Shown piece after piece: positions 8,342 through 17,696 of a stretch of DNA of 64,000 nucleotides (its first letter is position 1; each line of letters opens with the position of its first letter). The notes below the pieces were generated by a model that was not told the DNA's origin, searched no databases, and worked only from the letters and a program-made list of their open reading frames with translations. Source of the stretch: an uncultured Verrucomicrobiae bacterium (GTDB lineage Bacteria; Verrucomicrobiota; Verrucomicrobiia; Chthoniobacterales; JAFAMB01); assembly GCA_963813025.1 (NCBI GenBank), contig CAWEXO010000001.1, positions 32,001 to 96,000 on the forward strand, given 5' to 3'. Made by a program: the position numbers and the translations under genes.

Positions 8342-11257
8342 ATGCGCAAATCAATGGTCAGATCCTGGGCCTTCCTCACCATTCTTTGTTTCGCGCTTGA
8401 AGCTGTTGCGGCGCTTTGCGCGGAAGTTCCTCCGGGACCGAAGTGGATTCAGACAGCCGTGTTTTATCAGGTCTATCCCCAAAGCTATTTCGATTCTAAC
8501 GGCGACGGAATAGGTGACTTGCCTGGTATTACGGCAAAGCTTGATTACATACAGTCGGTCGGCTGCAACGCAATTTGGATCAATCCGATCTATGAGTCGC
8601 CGTTCGGCGACGCGGGTTATGACGTAGCCGATTTTTATAATGTCGCTCCTCGCTACGGCACGAACGAAGATTTAAAAAATCTCTGCGCCGAGGCCCACAA
8701 GCGTGGCATGCACGTGTGCCTGGACCTCGTGGCCGGACATACATCAACCGCGCATCCATGGTTTCAACAATCCGCTCTCGACCGGCCTACCCACTACTCG
8801 AACTGGTATATCTGGACACCAGCAGGCGAGAATGTTCCTGGTTCCCAACCGTTTCCCGGCGAGCATAATCGTTCGGATCGTTACTTACCGAACTTCTTTC
8901 CATTTCAACCGGCCCTGAACTACGGCTATGCCCGGCCCGATCCGAACGAGCCTTGGCAACTTCCGATCACTAATCCCGCCTGTGTCTCAGTGCGCGAGGA
9001 ACTCAAAAATGTAATGAAATTCTGGTTGGACCTGGGTGCTGATGGGTTTCGCGTCGATATGGCTTCCTCGCTCATCCGCAACGATTCCGACCATGAAGGG
9101 GTCAGCGCTCTCTGGCGCTACTATCGGTCCTGGCTGGACAAAGAGTATCCCGAAGCTGTCCTCATCTCCGAATGGAGCGACCCTGCTGTCGCTATTCCTG
9201 CCGGCTTCCATATCGATTTCATGATCCAATTTGGCGAGCCGGCATATGGAACACTGCTCGGTCCCTACTCGTGGCCTAATGGTTATGCCCGCGAGCCGCA
9301 CGCCTTTTTCGAGCGCGCAGGCGGTGGCGACATCAAGGCTTTTGTCGACAACTACCTCATGCACTATACCGCGACCAAATCTCGCGGTTATATCTCATTG
9401 CCGACGGGCAATCATGACATGCCGCGCCCGACCTGCGGACGGGACGAACCGGAGGTTCGCACGATTTTTGCGATGCTGCTGACGATGCCTGGAGTCCCTT
9501 TCATTTATTACGGCGACGAGATCGGAATGGACTATATTTATCCGACGCCTGACAAGGAAGGCGGCACCATCGGACCACTGCAGCGCTGCGGTTCCCGAAC
9601 TCCAATGCAGTGGTCCAAAGAAAAGAACGCGGGATTTTCGACTGCACCAGTTGAGAAACTTTACCTTCCGATTGATCCGTCTCCGTCACGACCGGACGTC
9701 GCGACTGAGGAGAAAGATCCGGCATCCATGCTGAACTTTACCCGTGCATTGTTGAAGTTGCGTCGAGACCATCCTGCACTGGCAAACACCGCAGATTTTC
9801 AGCGGGCCTATGCGGAAAAAAACAAGTGCCCATTCATTTATCTTCGTACGGCCGGTAGCGAGCAAATTCTCGTGTCCGTTAATCCTGCTGATCGGTTCTG
9901 CTCGGTCACGCTGGACAGGTTGAATGATGCTACTCCATTACTCGTCCAAGGCGCCGTCCTTCAGAGCGGCCGCTTGGACATGGACCCCGTCTCGTTCGGC
10001 ATCTTCGCAGTCCATACCCAGGACGTTGCTCCAGGGCTCAGCGCCCTTAAGGTCGATGCTTCACGCGATTTTGCTAAGGGTGCAACCGTCCGGTTTATCG
10101 GTGACGGAAGACGTTGGACCAGACAAATTGCAGAGGAGTGGGCCGAGAGGACTGGCAACACCCTCGAATATAGTATTAACCCAGCCTACGCGATGCTCCA
10201 GCAGTATCAACAGTATTGGGCGGCAAAAAGTGGGGATGTGGACGTGTACGCAGTCGCCGATACCTGGCAGGGAATTGCGGCCCCGCACGCCGTTGATTTA
10301 AAGAAATATTTCAAAGACGACCAAACCAAAGAGTTTTTTTCGCGCAGCATTGAGAATAACACAATAGACGGCCGCCTAGTTTCGATACCATGGTTTTCCG
10401 AAGCAGGGCTCCTCTACTATCGAACCGATCTATTAGAAAAGTATGGGTACAAAGCCCCACCGAGGACTTGGGAAGAACTCACTGAAATGGCGAACAGGAT
10501 CCAGGAGGGCGAACGTGCTGCCGGGAGGCCAGATTTTCAGGGCTTTGTTTTTGAAGGAAAAGCCAGCGAAAGCCTGACCTGCAATGCGCTTGAATGGATC
10601 TACAGCTACGGAGGTGGAACAATCATTGATCCCGACAAAAAGGTTACGATCAACAATCAAAATGCTATTAGGGCGCTTGAAACTGCGAAAGGCTGGGTAG
10701 GAACCATTTCTCCGAGGGGCGTTACTACTTACAGCGACGAAGACGCTCGAAACCTCTGGCAAGTCGGTAACGCCGCCTTCATGCGCAATTGGGCGTACGC
10801 CTACGCCTTAGGCGCAGATTCAACGAGCCCGATTTCCGGGAAATTCGATGTGGCGGTTTTGCCGAAGGGCGGCGATAACGGCAAGAACGCTGCCTGCCTG
10901 GGCGGCTGGCAATTAATGGTCTCCGCATATTCGCAGGCTCCTGACGCCGCAGCTGATCTGGTTCGCTACCTCACTTCGCCCGAGATACAGAAGAAACATG
11001 CGATCGATTTGGGTCTGCTTCCAACGCTCCCCGCCCTCTACAGCGACCCCGAAGTACTACAGAAAAACGCATGGTTCAAGTGTGTGCTGGACATTGTCAC
11101 CAACGGCGTTGCTCGTCCTTCGACGGTCACCGGCGCTGATTACAGTCAGGTTTCTACCGCTCTATTCCAGAACGTCAATAAGGTACTCAACGGCGATGAA
11201 TCAGCCAAGGACGCGGTCTCTCAAATTGAGCAAGTCGCAAAGCACATCGTGCCTTAA
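8342..11257 (+). CDS. Secreted GH13 alpha-glucosidase/amylase-family enzyme fused to an ABC sugar-binding protein
   Basis: Signal peptide; DSNGDGIGD, GFRVDMA, LISEW, GNHD, YYGDEIGM (GH13); C-terminal ~390 aa with LLYYRTDLLEKYG..PPRTWEEL, AFMRNWAYAY, LGGWQL (trehalose/maltose-type SBP). Confidence 0.9.
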   Translation: MRKSMVRSWAFLTILCFALEAVAALCAEVPPGPKWIQTAVFYQVYPQSYFDSNGDGIGDLPGITAKLDYIQSVGCNAIWINPIYESPFGDAGYDVADFYNVAPRYGTNEDLKNLCAEAHKRGMHVCLDLVAGHTSTAHPWFQQSALDRPTHYSNWYIWTPAGENVPGSQPFPGEHNRSDRYLPNFFPFQPALNYGYARPDPNEPWQLPITNPACVSVREELKNVMKFWLDLGADGFRVDMASSLIRNDSDHEGVSALWRYYRSWLDKEYPEAVLISEWSDPAVAIPAGFHIDFMIQFGEPAYGTLLGPYSWPNGYAREPHAFFERAGGGDIKAFVDNYLMHYTATKSRGYISLPTGNHDMPRPTCGRDEPEVRTIFAMLLTMPGVPFIYYGDEIGMDYIYPTPDKEGGTIGPLQRCGSRTPMQWSKEKNAGFSTAPVEKLYLPIDPSPSRPDVATEEKDPASMLNFTRALLKLRRDHPALANTADFQRAYAEKNKCPFIYLRTAGSEQILVSVNPADRFCSVTLDRLNDATPLLVQGAVLQSGRLDMDPVSFGIFAVHTQDVAPGLSALKVDASRDFAKGATVRFIGDGRRWTRQIAEEWAERTGNTLEYSINPAYAMLQQYQQYWAAKSGDVDVYAVADTWQGIAAPHAVDLKKYFKDDQTKEFFSRSIENNTIDGRLVSIPWFSEAGLLYYRTDLLEKYGYKAPPRTWEELTEMANRIQEGERAAGRPDFQGFVFEGKASESLTCNALEWIYSYGGGTIIDPDKKVTINNQNAIRALETAKGWVGTISPRGVTTYSDEDARNLWQVGNAAFMRNWAYAYALGADSTSPISGKFDVAVLPKGGDNGKNAACLGGWQLMVSAYSQAPDAAADLVRYLTSPEIQKKHAIDLGLLPTLPALYSDPEVLQKNAWFKCVLDIVTNGVARPSTVTGADYSQVSTALFQNVNKVLNGDESAKDAVSQIEQVAKHIVP

Positions 11258-11307
11258 TCCACCTCATGCTGCACCGATTCGCCTCATAGAAGGACTACGC
11301 ACAAGCC

Positions 11308-11460
11308 TTAGCGTTCTCCGCGCTCTGTGTCCGGCCAGGCATACGCCACCACGTAGTCTCCGAGCGTGGTGCCGATCAGGGCGTGCCCACGCGCGGCCTG
11401 GATCACGATCACGTATTGCGTACCGTCCACCATGTAGGTCATCGGAGTGGTCTGGCCGAG
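11308..11460 (-). pseudogene. C-terminal remnant of a PQQ-dependent glucose/quinate dehydrogenase
   Basis: GQTTPMTYMVDGTQYVIV..ARGH..GTTLGDYVVAYA matches the typical C-terminus of this family. Confidence 0.7.
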
Positions 11461-11789
11461 CTGGTCGGCTCTGACTTCGGCGCGCTGCAAAGCTTGGCCA
11501 TTGGCGTCAGATCCGGCGAAGGCGTTCTTGAACGGGGTTGCTTCCTAAGGACAGACGGCTCCGTTGCCTTAGTCAGTACTCAGGTCGCCGGTGTCCTATC
11601 CAATCGTGTCAACGTGACGTGCCAGAGGCTGAGGGCCGGGCGGCCACGGTCTTTACAGCCGGCAGATTTTTGCTTGCCACGGTCAAACGTGCCAATCCGC
11701 AGTTCGTCTTTGATGAGGTGGCACTCTCCACTTTGGCTGCTAAATCGATCACCTTCGAGCGCGCTTACGGCACTACTGGCTGGCAATGA

Positions 11790-12011
11790 ATGAACCGCGA
11801 AGAAATACTCAGCGATCTGCCGTATGAGGAAATGAGTCTATCCCCTCCGGGGGCAACACCGCCCTCGCTCACCGGGAGGGATCTGCTCGTTTACCAAAGA
11901 GAGGTTCATTCCGTCTTTCACACCATCCCCGACTACCACGCCTCTCTCCGGTTCTTCGATCTACATCGCCCCAAGCTCAAAGACATCCTGGCCGACTGGA
12001 CCAAAAACTAA
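11790..12011 (+). CDS. Small hypothetical protein
   Basis: 73-aa ORF directly after an upstream truncated ORF (about 11490-11789). Confidence 0.4.
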   Translation: MNREEILSDLPYEEMSLSPPGATPPSLTGRDLLVYQREVHSVFHTIPDYHASLRFFDLHRPKLKDILADWTKN

Positions 12012-12025
12012 GCGCCCCAGATGTG

Positions 12026-13065
12026 TCAAAACTCAATCTCAAACCGATCTTTGGCTAGCCGCGCGTTAGCCACTGGAATGGAAATTTTCTGCGCGAGTTC
12101 TTTAATGGCTGCTTGATCCGCCTGATCGATTCTGGCTCCGAGGATTATGCGGCTAGGTTTAATACCAAAGGAATCCAAGGAGAATTTCGGTGCTTTTCGG
12201 CTGGCTGGATCCACAGAGACTAGCCGCCATTCCTTTTCGTATGTCCACTCTGGTGACTTGTTACAAGCCGCTAGAATTGGCCAGGGGTCGAGCTTGACCT
12301 CCGGCGCTGAGGACGCGGGAGCCTGATCGACATCAATTTCTGGTTTAAAGAGCGAGAAATAGTGAAAGAGCTCTTCCGTGTATCGCACCGGGTGCAGCAG
12401 TTCGAGAAGTTTTGCGCTCGACAGCATAGAGGAGCCAGAATACTCGACGCAGATTCCTTTGTGCTGGTTCCCATAGTGACTCCACCTAACAACCGAATTT
12501 GGGTTGGTTGTGAAGCAGCTCACGCAGACCAAGTTACGAAACGAGCTGAATAAATCCTGATTGTCGGCGAAAACGCTGGGGCCATAAAAGAGCGACAGGA
12601 CGCAGCCGACTAAGCTCTCAAACGCCTGCTGTTCTTGAATGCGCCATTCTCCATTTCTTTTTCCCTTAGCGACTCAAGGAATCTGGATATGGTATTTGGA
12701 TCATACCCATACTCAGGCGCAAATTTTTCCAGGACCTGCTTTTGCACTTGTTCGTATGAGGTAGATAAAGCCGAATCGTAGGGGTCATTGAAGAGGCCAG
12801 GATTGCTCAGAAATACGTATCCGTCACGGAGCTCCTCGAGTATATGTGCGAGACGTTCGAGGCTTCGGTACCGGTAAAGCGCCTTCGGGAAGTTCGAACG
12901 CTTTAGGGCCAACGCCTCGCTCTGCCCGGTTTCGCTATTGAACTTGGCGAGAGATTCAAAATAGCTATCAACCCAACTTTCCACAGAATCGAGACTGCGC
13001 TTTAGCAACCTGCTTTGCGAGTCCGATCGATCCGTGCCGTCTGGTCCAAGGCCTTTGTGGAACAT
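12026..13065 (-). CDS. DUF2971-domain protein, frameshifted near 12650
   Basis: LYRYRS...FLSNPGLFNDPYDS, VSCFT..WSHYGNQHKGICVEY, KSPEWTYEKEWR, IILGARI; intervening sequence is open in the downstream frame. Confidence 0.8.
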
Positions 13066-13102
13066 TTCAGGTGGAGCGAGAGCAAATTTTCGCGCCGAAA
13101 AA

Positions 13103-13150
13103 TTTACGGGTCCTCCCAGCCGAGCCGGCCTCGGTCTGAGGAGGCGAGCG
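13103..13150 (+). other. Putative lambda-type cos packaging site (cosQ + cosN-like)
   Basis: TTTACGGGTCCT matches the recalled lambda cosQ context; AGGAGGCGAGCG 24 bp later matches 8/12 of GGGCGGCGACCT; about 100 bp upstream of the small terminase. Confidence 0.6.
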
Positions 13151-13247
13151 ATCGAACCTCCCGAAGAGCTAAGCTTTGGCTGAAAAAGTTGGGTCTAATT
13201 TCCGGGCTCGAAAAAGTGAGTGAAAACCGGCTATTTTGGCTCGGAAT

Positions 13248-13815
13248 ATGATTGTTCCACAGGCCGAATTGGACGGGATTGTTGTGGGAACAACTCAGCT
13301 GGCTAACGCGTTGGACGTGTCGACCAAGTACGTAGCGGACCTCACTCGGGCCGGTGTGTTGGAGCCTTTGAAGAAGCCGAACGGGACGGCGATACGTGGG
13401 CGGTACCTGTTGGTCGCCGCCGTGCAAGCTTTCAGCCGGCACATTCGCACCGAGAACCGCAGGAAGGGAAGTGGTGCGGTTCAGTGAAGCGGCGTTGCAA
13501 GCGGCCCGCTTAAGGAAGTTCCAGGCCGAAGCCATCCTGCGCACCATCGCCGCCCAGGAACGGGCTGGGAACGTTGTTCCCTTGCGCGGTGTCCGCGACA
13601 TGCTCTCGGTCATGATCCACCGCTGCCGGCAACGGCTTCTTGGCATCCCTGGCCGCTTGAGTCGTGAGTTCGGAGAGGAAGTGTCCGAGCCGGCCGAGGT
13701 GTTGTTAGAGGAAGCCCTCTCGGAACTACGCCGGCTGGACCGGGATGACTTCCTGCCTGGACGCCGGCGCAAGGAACGCAATGGCACGAGCCAAGAAACA
13801 GCCGATCTCGACTGA
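13248..13815 (+). CDS. Terminase small subunit (Nu1-like), frameshifted near 13478
   Basis: N-terminal wHTH (TTQLANALDVSTKYVADLTRAGVL..GRYLLVAAVQAF) then ARLRKFQAE..ERAGNVVP..RQRLLGIPGRL; directly upstream of GpA. Confidence 0.8.
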
Positions 13816-15780
13816 CCTGGAGGAGGTGTTAGCCGGCTGGCAGGGCCGGCTAGCTGACACGCTTGGTGAAGTGGCTCGTCGGCGGTTTGCGCCTCCGCCG
13901 CGGCAAACGGTAGACCAGTGGGCTCGGGAACATCGCTATCTCCCGGAGACTGCCGCCGAACCTGGTCGATGGAACCCCATGAGGGCGCCCTATCAGAGCG
14001 GTATCATGCAGGCGTTCACGGCGCACTCGGTGCGCACCATCACCATCCAATCGGCTTCCCAGGTGGGAAAAAGCACCATCATGACCAATTGCCTCGGCTA
14101 CGTCATTGATCGGATGCCGGCGGCCTCGCTCTGGCTGATGCCATCCCTCGCTAGCGCGACGGATTTCATGAAGGAGGTGGTGCGGCCCATGTTAGAGGCA
14201 AGCCCGGCGCTCCTGGCCAAGACTCGGCGGCAGGGTCCGCCCAACTATCGGCGAATCCTTTTTGAGAACGACTACTGTGTATTCTCGGGCGGTGCGAGCG
14301 CCATCAACCTGGCGTCTCGTGCGATCAAGGTCCTGTTCTGCGACGAGATTGACAAACTCAAGTACGCGATCAAGAACGAGGGCGACCCCTTGAGCCTGAT
14401 CCTGAAACGGCTCTCGACCTATGCGGACTCCAAAGCCTTGTTTGCCAGTATGCCGACCGTAAGCGGCGGCTCGAGGATTGAGCGGCTATTCCAGGAGTCT
14501 TCCATGAGCCGGTGGTATCTGAAATGTCCGAGTGGCGAATGTCACGGCTGGCAAGAGCTGGTCTGGGAGGACTTGGATTTCAAGACCGTTTGTCTCAAGT
14601 GCCAAGCCTGCGGCCGGCTGTTCACTCAAGGCGAATGGCAACGCTCGAGCGGGGAATGGCGGGAGAGCGTTCCCAACCCGGCGCACAAGGGGTTCTTTAT
14701 CTCCGGCCTCTGTAGTCCCTGGACCGATTGGGGAGATTTGGTTAAGGAATTCCTGGCCGCTAATCGGCAAGCGCAGGTGGGCGATTTCGGATTGTTGCAA
14801 TCCTGGCGTACGGGCCGGCTCGGGATAGCGTGGGAACAGAAAGTCGAGACAACGCGGGCGCAAGATCTGTGGACGCGACGGGAAGTCTATGAATGCGATA
14901 CCTAAAGGGATTTTGTACCTGACTGCCGGCGCGGATACGCAGGCCGACCGGCTGGTCTATTTGGTTGTCGGTTGGGGAAAAGGCCGTGAATGCTGGCTCC
15001 TTGAGACCGGCGCAATCCATGGGGAGCCCCGAGAAGCGAAGGTCTGGGAGGAGCTTGCCGCGGCGACGATTGACGCTACCTGGTCTTTCCGAGACGGGGG
15101 CTTGATCAAAATCGGTCGGATGTTCGTTGACGCGGCGTTCCACTGGGAGGAGACGTTGCGTTTCGCTAAAGAACACTGGAGCGGAGGCCGGCTCTTTCCC
15201 TGTAAAGGTTTGGGAGCAGACAAGCGCAAACGGGTCGGGGGTGGTCCGATCCTGCATAGCGAGAACCGCACCAAACGCCCACCTTACGTGATGGTGGTCA
15301 ATGCCGATGTCAACGTGGCCAAGGACCAGATTGCCGGGATGCTGGCAAAGACGGAGCCAGGCACGGGCTTTATTCACATTCCGAGTGGTCCAGGTGGCAG
15401 CCCCATTTCGGGGGTTTGACCAACACGTGATCGAAGAGTTTACCGCGGAATCCTGCACGGTGCGGATGGTAAACGGGTTCAAGCAATACACCTGGCACAA
15501 GGTGGCGCATCGCTCCAACGAGCGGCTCGATTGTCTGGTGTATGCACTGGCGGCCCTGGTGCATAGCCGGCTGGACCTGGACAAGTTGCCAGGCCCGTTG
15601 ATTGAACCTTCCGCTAAGAAACAGGAAGGACAGCCTCAAGCCTCTCGTCCGACCTGGGGTGTGATCCACCGGGTCGCACTGCCAACCGATACGAACCATT
15701 GGCAGGATGCCACAACCGTGCGACCCGAGGACAAGCCGCGCTCACCGTGGGGTGTAGTGAACAAGCCGCTAGAGTGGTGA
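13781..15780 (+). CDS. Terminase large subunit, GpA (lambda-type) family, frameshifted near 14898 and 15413
   Basis: PPPRQTVDQWA..EPGRW..APYQ, SASQVGKST, LFCDEID, EGDPL, TAGADTQADRL, NERLDCLVYALAA across ORFs 13745..14905, 14889..15419 and 15301..15780. Confidence 0.92.
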
Positions 15781-15824
15781 GGTTCGTTGACATGATCAAC
15801 CTCGCAGGAGTAAAGCCTTCTGTA

Positions 15825-16019
15825 ATGTCTCGCGGAGGCAAACGGTCCGGAGCCGGTAGACCTTCGATTGGCTCTGGCAGCTGGCGGCTGCAGTGCACCT
15901 TACCAGCCGAGACCCTCCAGGTGTTAAAGGCAATGGAGCAGCAAAGGGGAGTCTACCGGACCAGGATCTGTCGCGAGATTTTGTGCCGGCATCTGATCGG
16001 CAGAGCGTTCTATGAATAG
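15825..16019 (+). CDS. Small ribbon-helix-helix-like DNA-binding protein
   Basis: RGGKRSGAGRP arm followed by beta-helix-helix pattern. Confidence 0.6.
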   Translation: MSRGGKRSGAGRPSIGSGSWRLQCTLPAETLQVLKAMEQQRGVYRTRICREILCRHLIGRAFYE

Positions 16020-16045
16020 CAGCTGACAAAGAGGAAAGAAAGCTC

Positions 16046-16239
16046 ATGCGCCGAAAACAAGTCTGATCCCCTGGAGCGCTATCGTGCAATCGCGCGATGA
16101 GCTCGAGGCTGTGAGGACAGAAGCCAAGGAGCTGGGAGTGCCCCCCGAGGTATTGGTGAAGGTGATCGCGCGCCGATACTGGCGGGCCAGGGGGCTGAAA
16201 CTACTTCCGTACGACACCCCCGATGAGCTGCTCGGATAG
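16046..16239 (+). CDS. Small RHH-like protein (needs one extra A in GAAAAC near 16055)
   Basis: RBS GAGGA; reads MRRK(T)SLIPWSAIVQSRDELEAVRTEAKELGVPPEVLVKVIARRYW...; not in the ORF track. Confidence 0.4.
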
Positions 16240-16392
16240 AATCCGCCGGGCGAGCTCGGTATGATAAAGGCCGGTAGCCTTCTCCTGTTGTTCCAAGGCA
16301 TCCCATAACGCCTGGGATACCACGCATTCAACGCGGTGAGTGCCGATGGCTGGGCGACCGCGCTGGCGAGTAGAGGTGGGCTGCTCTGGCAT
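16201..16392 (-). CDS. Small RHH-like DNA-binding protein, similar to 15825..16019
   Basis: RGRPAIG..RVECVVSQALWDALEQQEKATGLYHTELARRIL..LIG aligns by eye with GRPSIG..RLQCTLPAETLQVLKAMEQQRGVYRTRICREIL..LIG. Confidence 0.6.
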   Translation of the reverse strand: MPEQPTSTRQRGRPAIGTHRVECVVSQALWDALEQQEKATGLYHTELARRILSEQLIGGVVRK

Positions 16393-16495
16393 GCTTCTGC
16401 ATGTTTATCAGAATTGGAGAGGCTAGGTCAAAGGACTCAAGTGACCAGTCCATTCATAGCGGCAAAGAACTTAACCGGATTCGGAGGACGAAGCG

Positions 16496-17497
16496 CTAGG
16501 TCGGCGAAGACTGTTGCGGCACCGGCTGCGGCTTCTGCGGCTGCACTGGCTGCTGTGGCGGCTGCTGCGGTGGTAGTCCGAGCATCATAGGGACGCCTGC
16601 GGCCTGAGGGAGATGAAGGTTGATGAAACGGCTGCCGATCTGGTTTTCGATAAGCGAAACCGCTGCGGTCATCGAGAAAGTGATGTTGTAACAATGATGA
16701 ACGCTTAAGACCGCGTCTTGTAGCTTTTCGTTTCCTTTTGCTTCCAACGCCTCGATCCTGAGACCCAGACCTCGCGCTTGGTCAATGGTGATATGGCGAC
16801 CGTGGCTCAAAGTCTGGGCGTGGGAGCCAAGTGCGGAAACCACCTTTCTAGCCATGGCTTGCCGGTTCTTTTGGGGTGCGAACATGCCAGTGACAAGCCA
16901 TGATTTCACCATCGTTTCGGACAGTTTGATGGCTTTCTCACACGCTCCAATTAAGGTGGGCGAATATTTTTGCAAGATTGGTATCCATGCCTGCGCCTCT
17001 TTGGGAGAGTCTTTGCACAGAGTGGTAATCCTTTTGAATTCCTCTAAAATAGCGTGCGCTGGGCCGCCGCCGACCTGAGGATCGATCGGACCAAGATTAG
17101 AATGGAGCCCCATAACGATGCTCTTACAAGCCAGAGCGATCATCGTCCCTGCCGACATCGCAAGATGCGGTACGATTGCGCGGATATCGCCTTTAAAGGT
17201 GTTGCGCAAGTAAAAGACAATCTGCTCGGTAGCATTTATTTCGCCGCCAGGAGTATGCAGGATGAGATCTAGGCCTTTGGACTTATCCAGTTTGTTGACT
17301 GCGGTCATAAGTCCAGGCATTACCGCATCGGAAATGTAAAAGTGAGGAGATTTAATCCCCAACTTCTGCCAGCCGGAATAGAATGCTATGACGTTTCGGT
17401 CGGTAAGCGCGCTGAGCTGCTGTAAATATTTCAGCCTGATCCCATCAAGGTTTGGACCCTGGGTAACCTCGTTGAGAATTTCCGACCAATTGGCCAC
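16496..17497 (-). CDS. S49/SDH_sah (ClpP-class) serine protease
   Basis: GLDLILHTPGG, AMSAGTMIAL (catalytic Ser), LGPIDPQ, SHGRHI; Pro/Gln-rich tail. Confidence 0.88.
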   Translation of the reverse strand: MANWSEILNEVTQGPNLDGIRLKYLQQLSALTDRNVIAFYSGWQKLGIKSPHFYISDAVMPGLMTAVNKLDKSKGLDLILHTPGGEINATEQIVFYLRNTFKGDIRAIVPHLAMSAGTMIALACKSIVMGLHSNLGPIDPQVGGGPAHAILEEFKRITTLCKDSPKEAQAWIPILQKYSPTLIGACEKAIKLSETMVKSWLVTGMFAPQKNRQAMARKVVSALGSHAQTLSHGRHITIDQARGLGLRIEALEAKGNEKLQDAVLSVHHCYNITFSMTAAVSLIENQIGSRFINLHLPQAAGVPMMLGLPPQQPPQQPVQPQKPQPVPQQSSPT

Positions 17498-17516
17498 CGA
17501 AAGGCCCTGTCTTAGC

Positions 17517-17696
17517 CTATGATGGCTGCTTTACTGCTTGGGTTGAGTCACTCAGAATGGTAGGAATCACCGGCTCGTTGTCGACGAGTTCGCCGAAAAC
17601 CACGTCCTCGTCAGACTCGACTATGGTGCCGAAATCCGAGGCGGATTCAGAAAGATCAAAGGCCGTTCCGCTAGTGAGTTCTTCTAGTAGGTTCAT
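17517..17696 (-). CDS. Acidic 59-aa microprotein upstream of the protease
   Basis: GGAG RBS before ATG; MNLLEELTSGTAFDLSESASDFGTIVESDEDVVFGELVDNEPVIPTILSDSTQAVKQPS; stop 19 bp before the protease start. Confidence 0.6.
   Translation of the reverse strand: MNLLEELTSGTAFDLSESASDFGTIVESDEDVVFGELVDNEPVIPTILSDSTQAVKQPS

Noticed and set aside
13470..15420. Programmed ribosomal frameshifting in the terminase genes
   Set aside because: Breaks are many, differ in direction, fall within conserved domains and lack clear slippery heptamers; error or decay is simpler
16496..17497. S49 protease as the phage prohead maturation protease
   Set aside because: It is antisense to the terminase genes, has SDH_sah-type motifs, and has no adjacent portal or capsid gene
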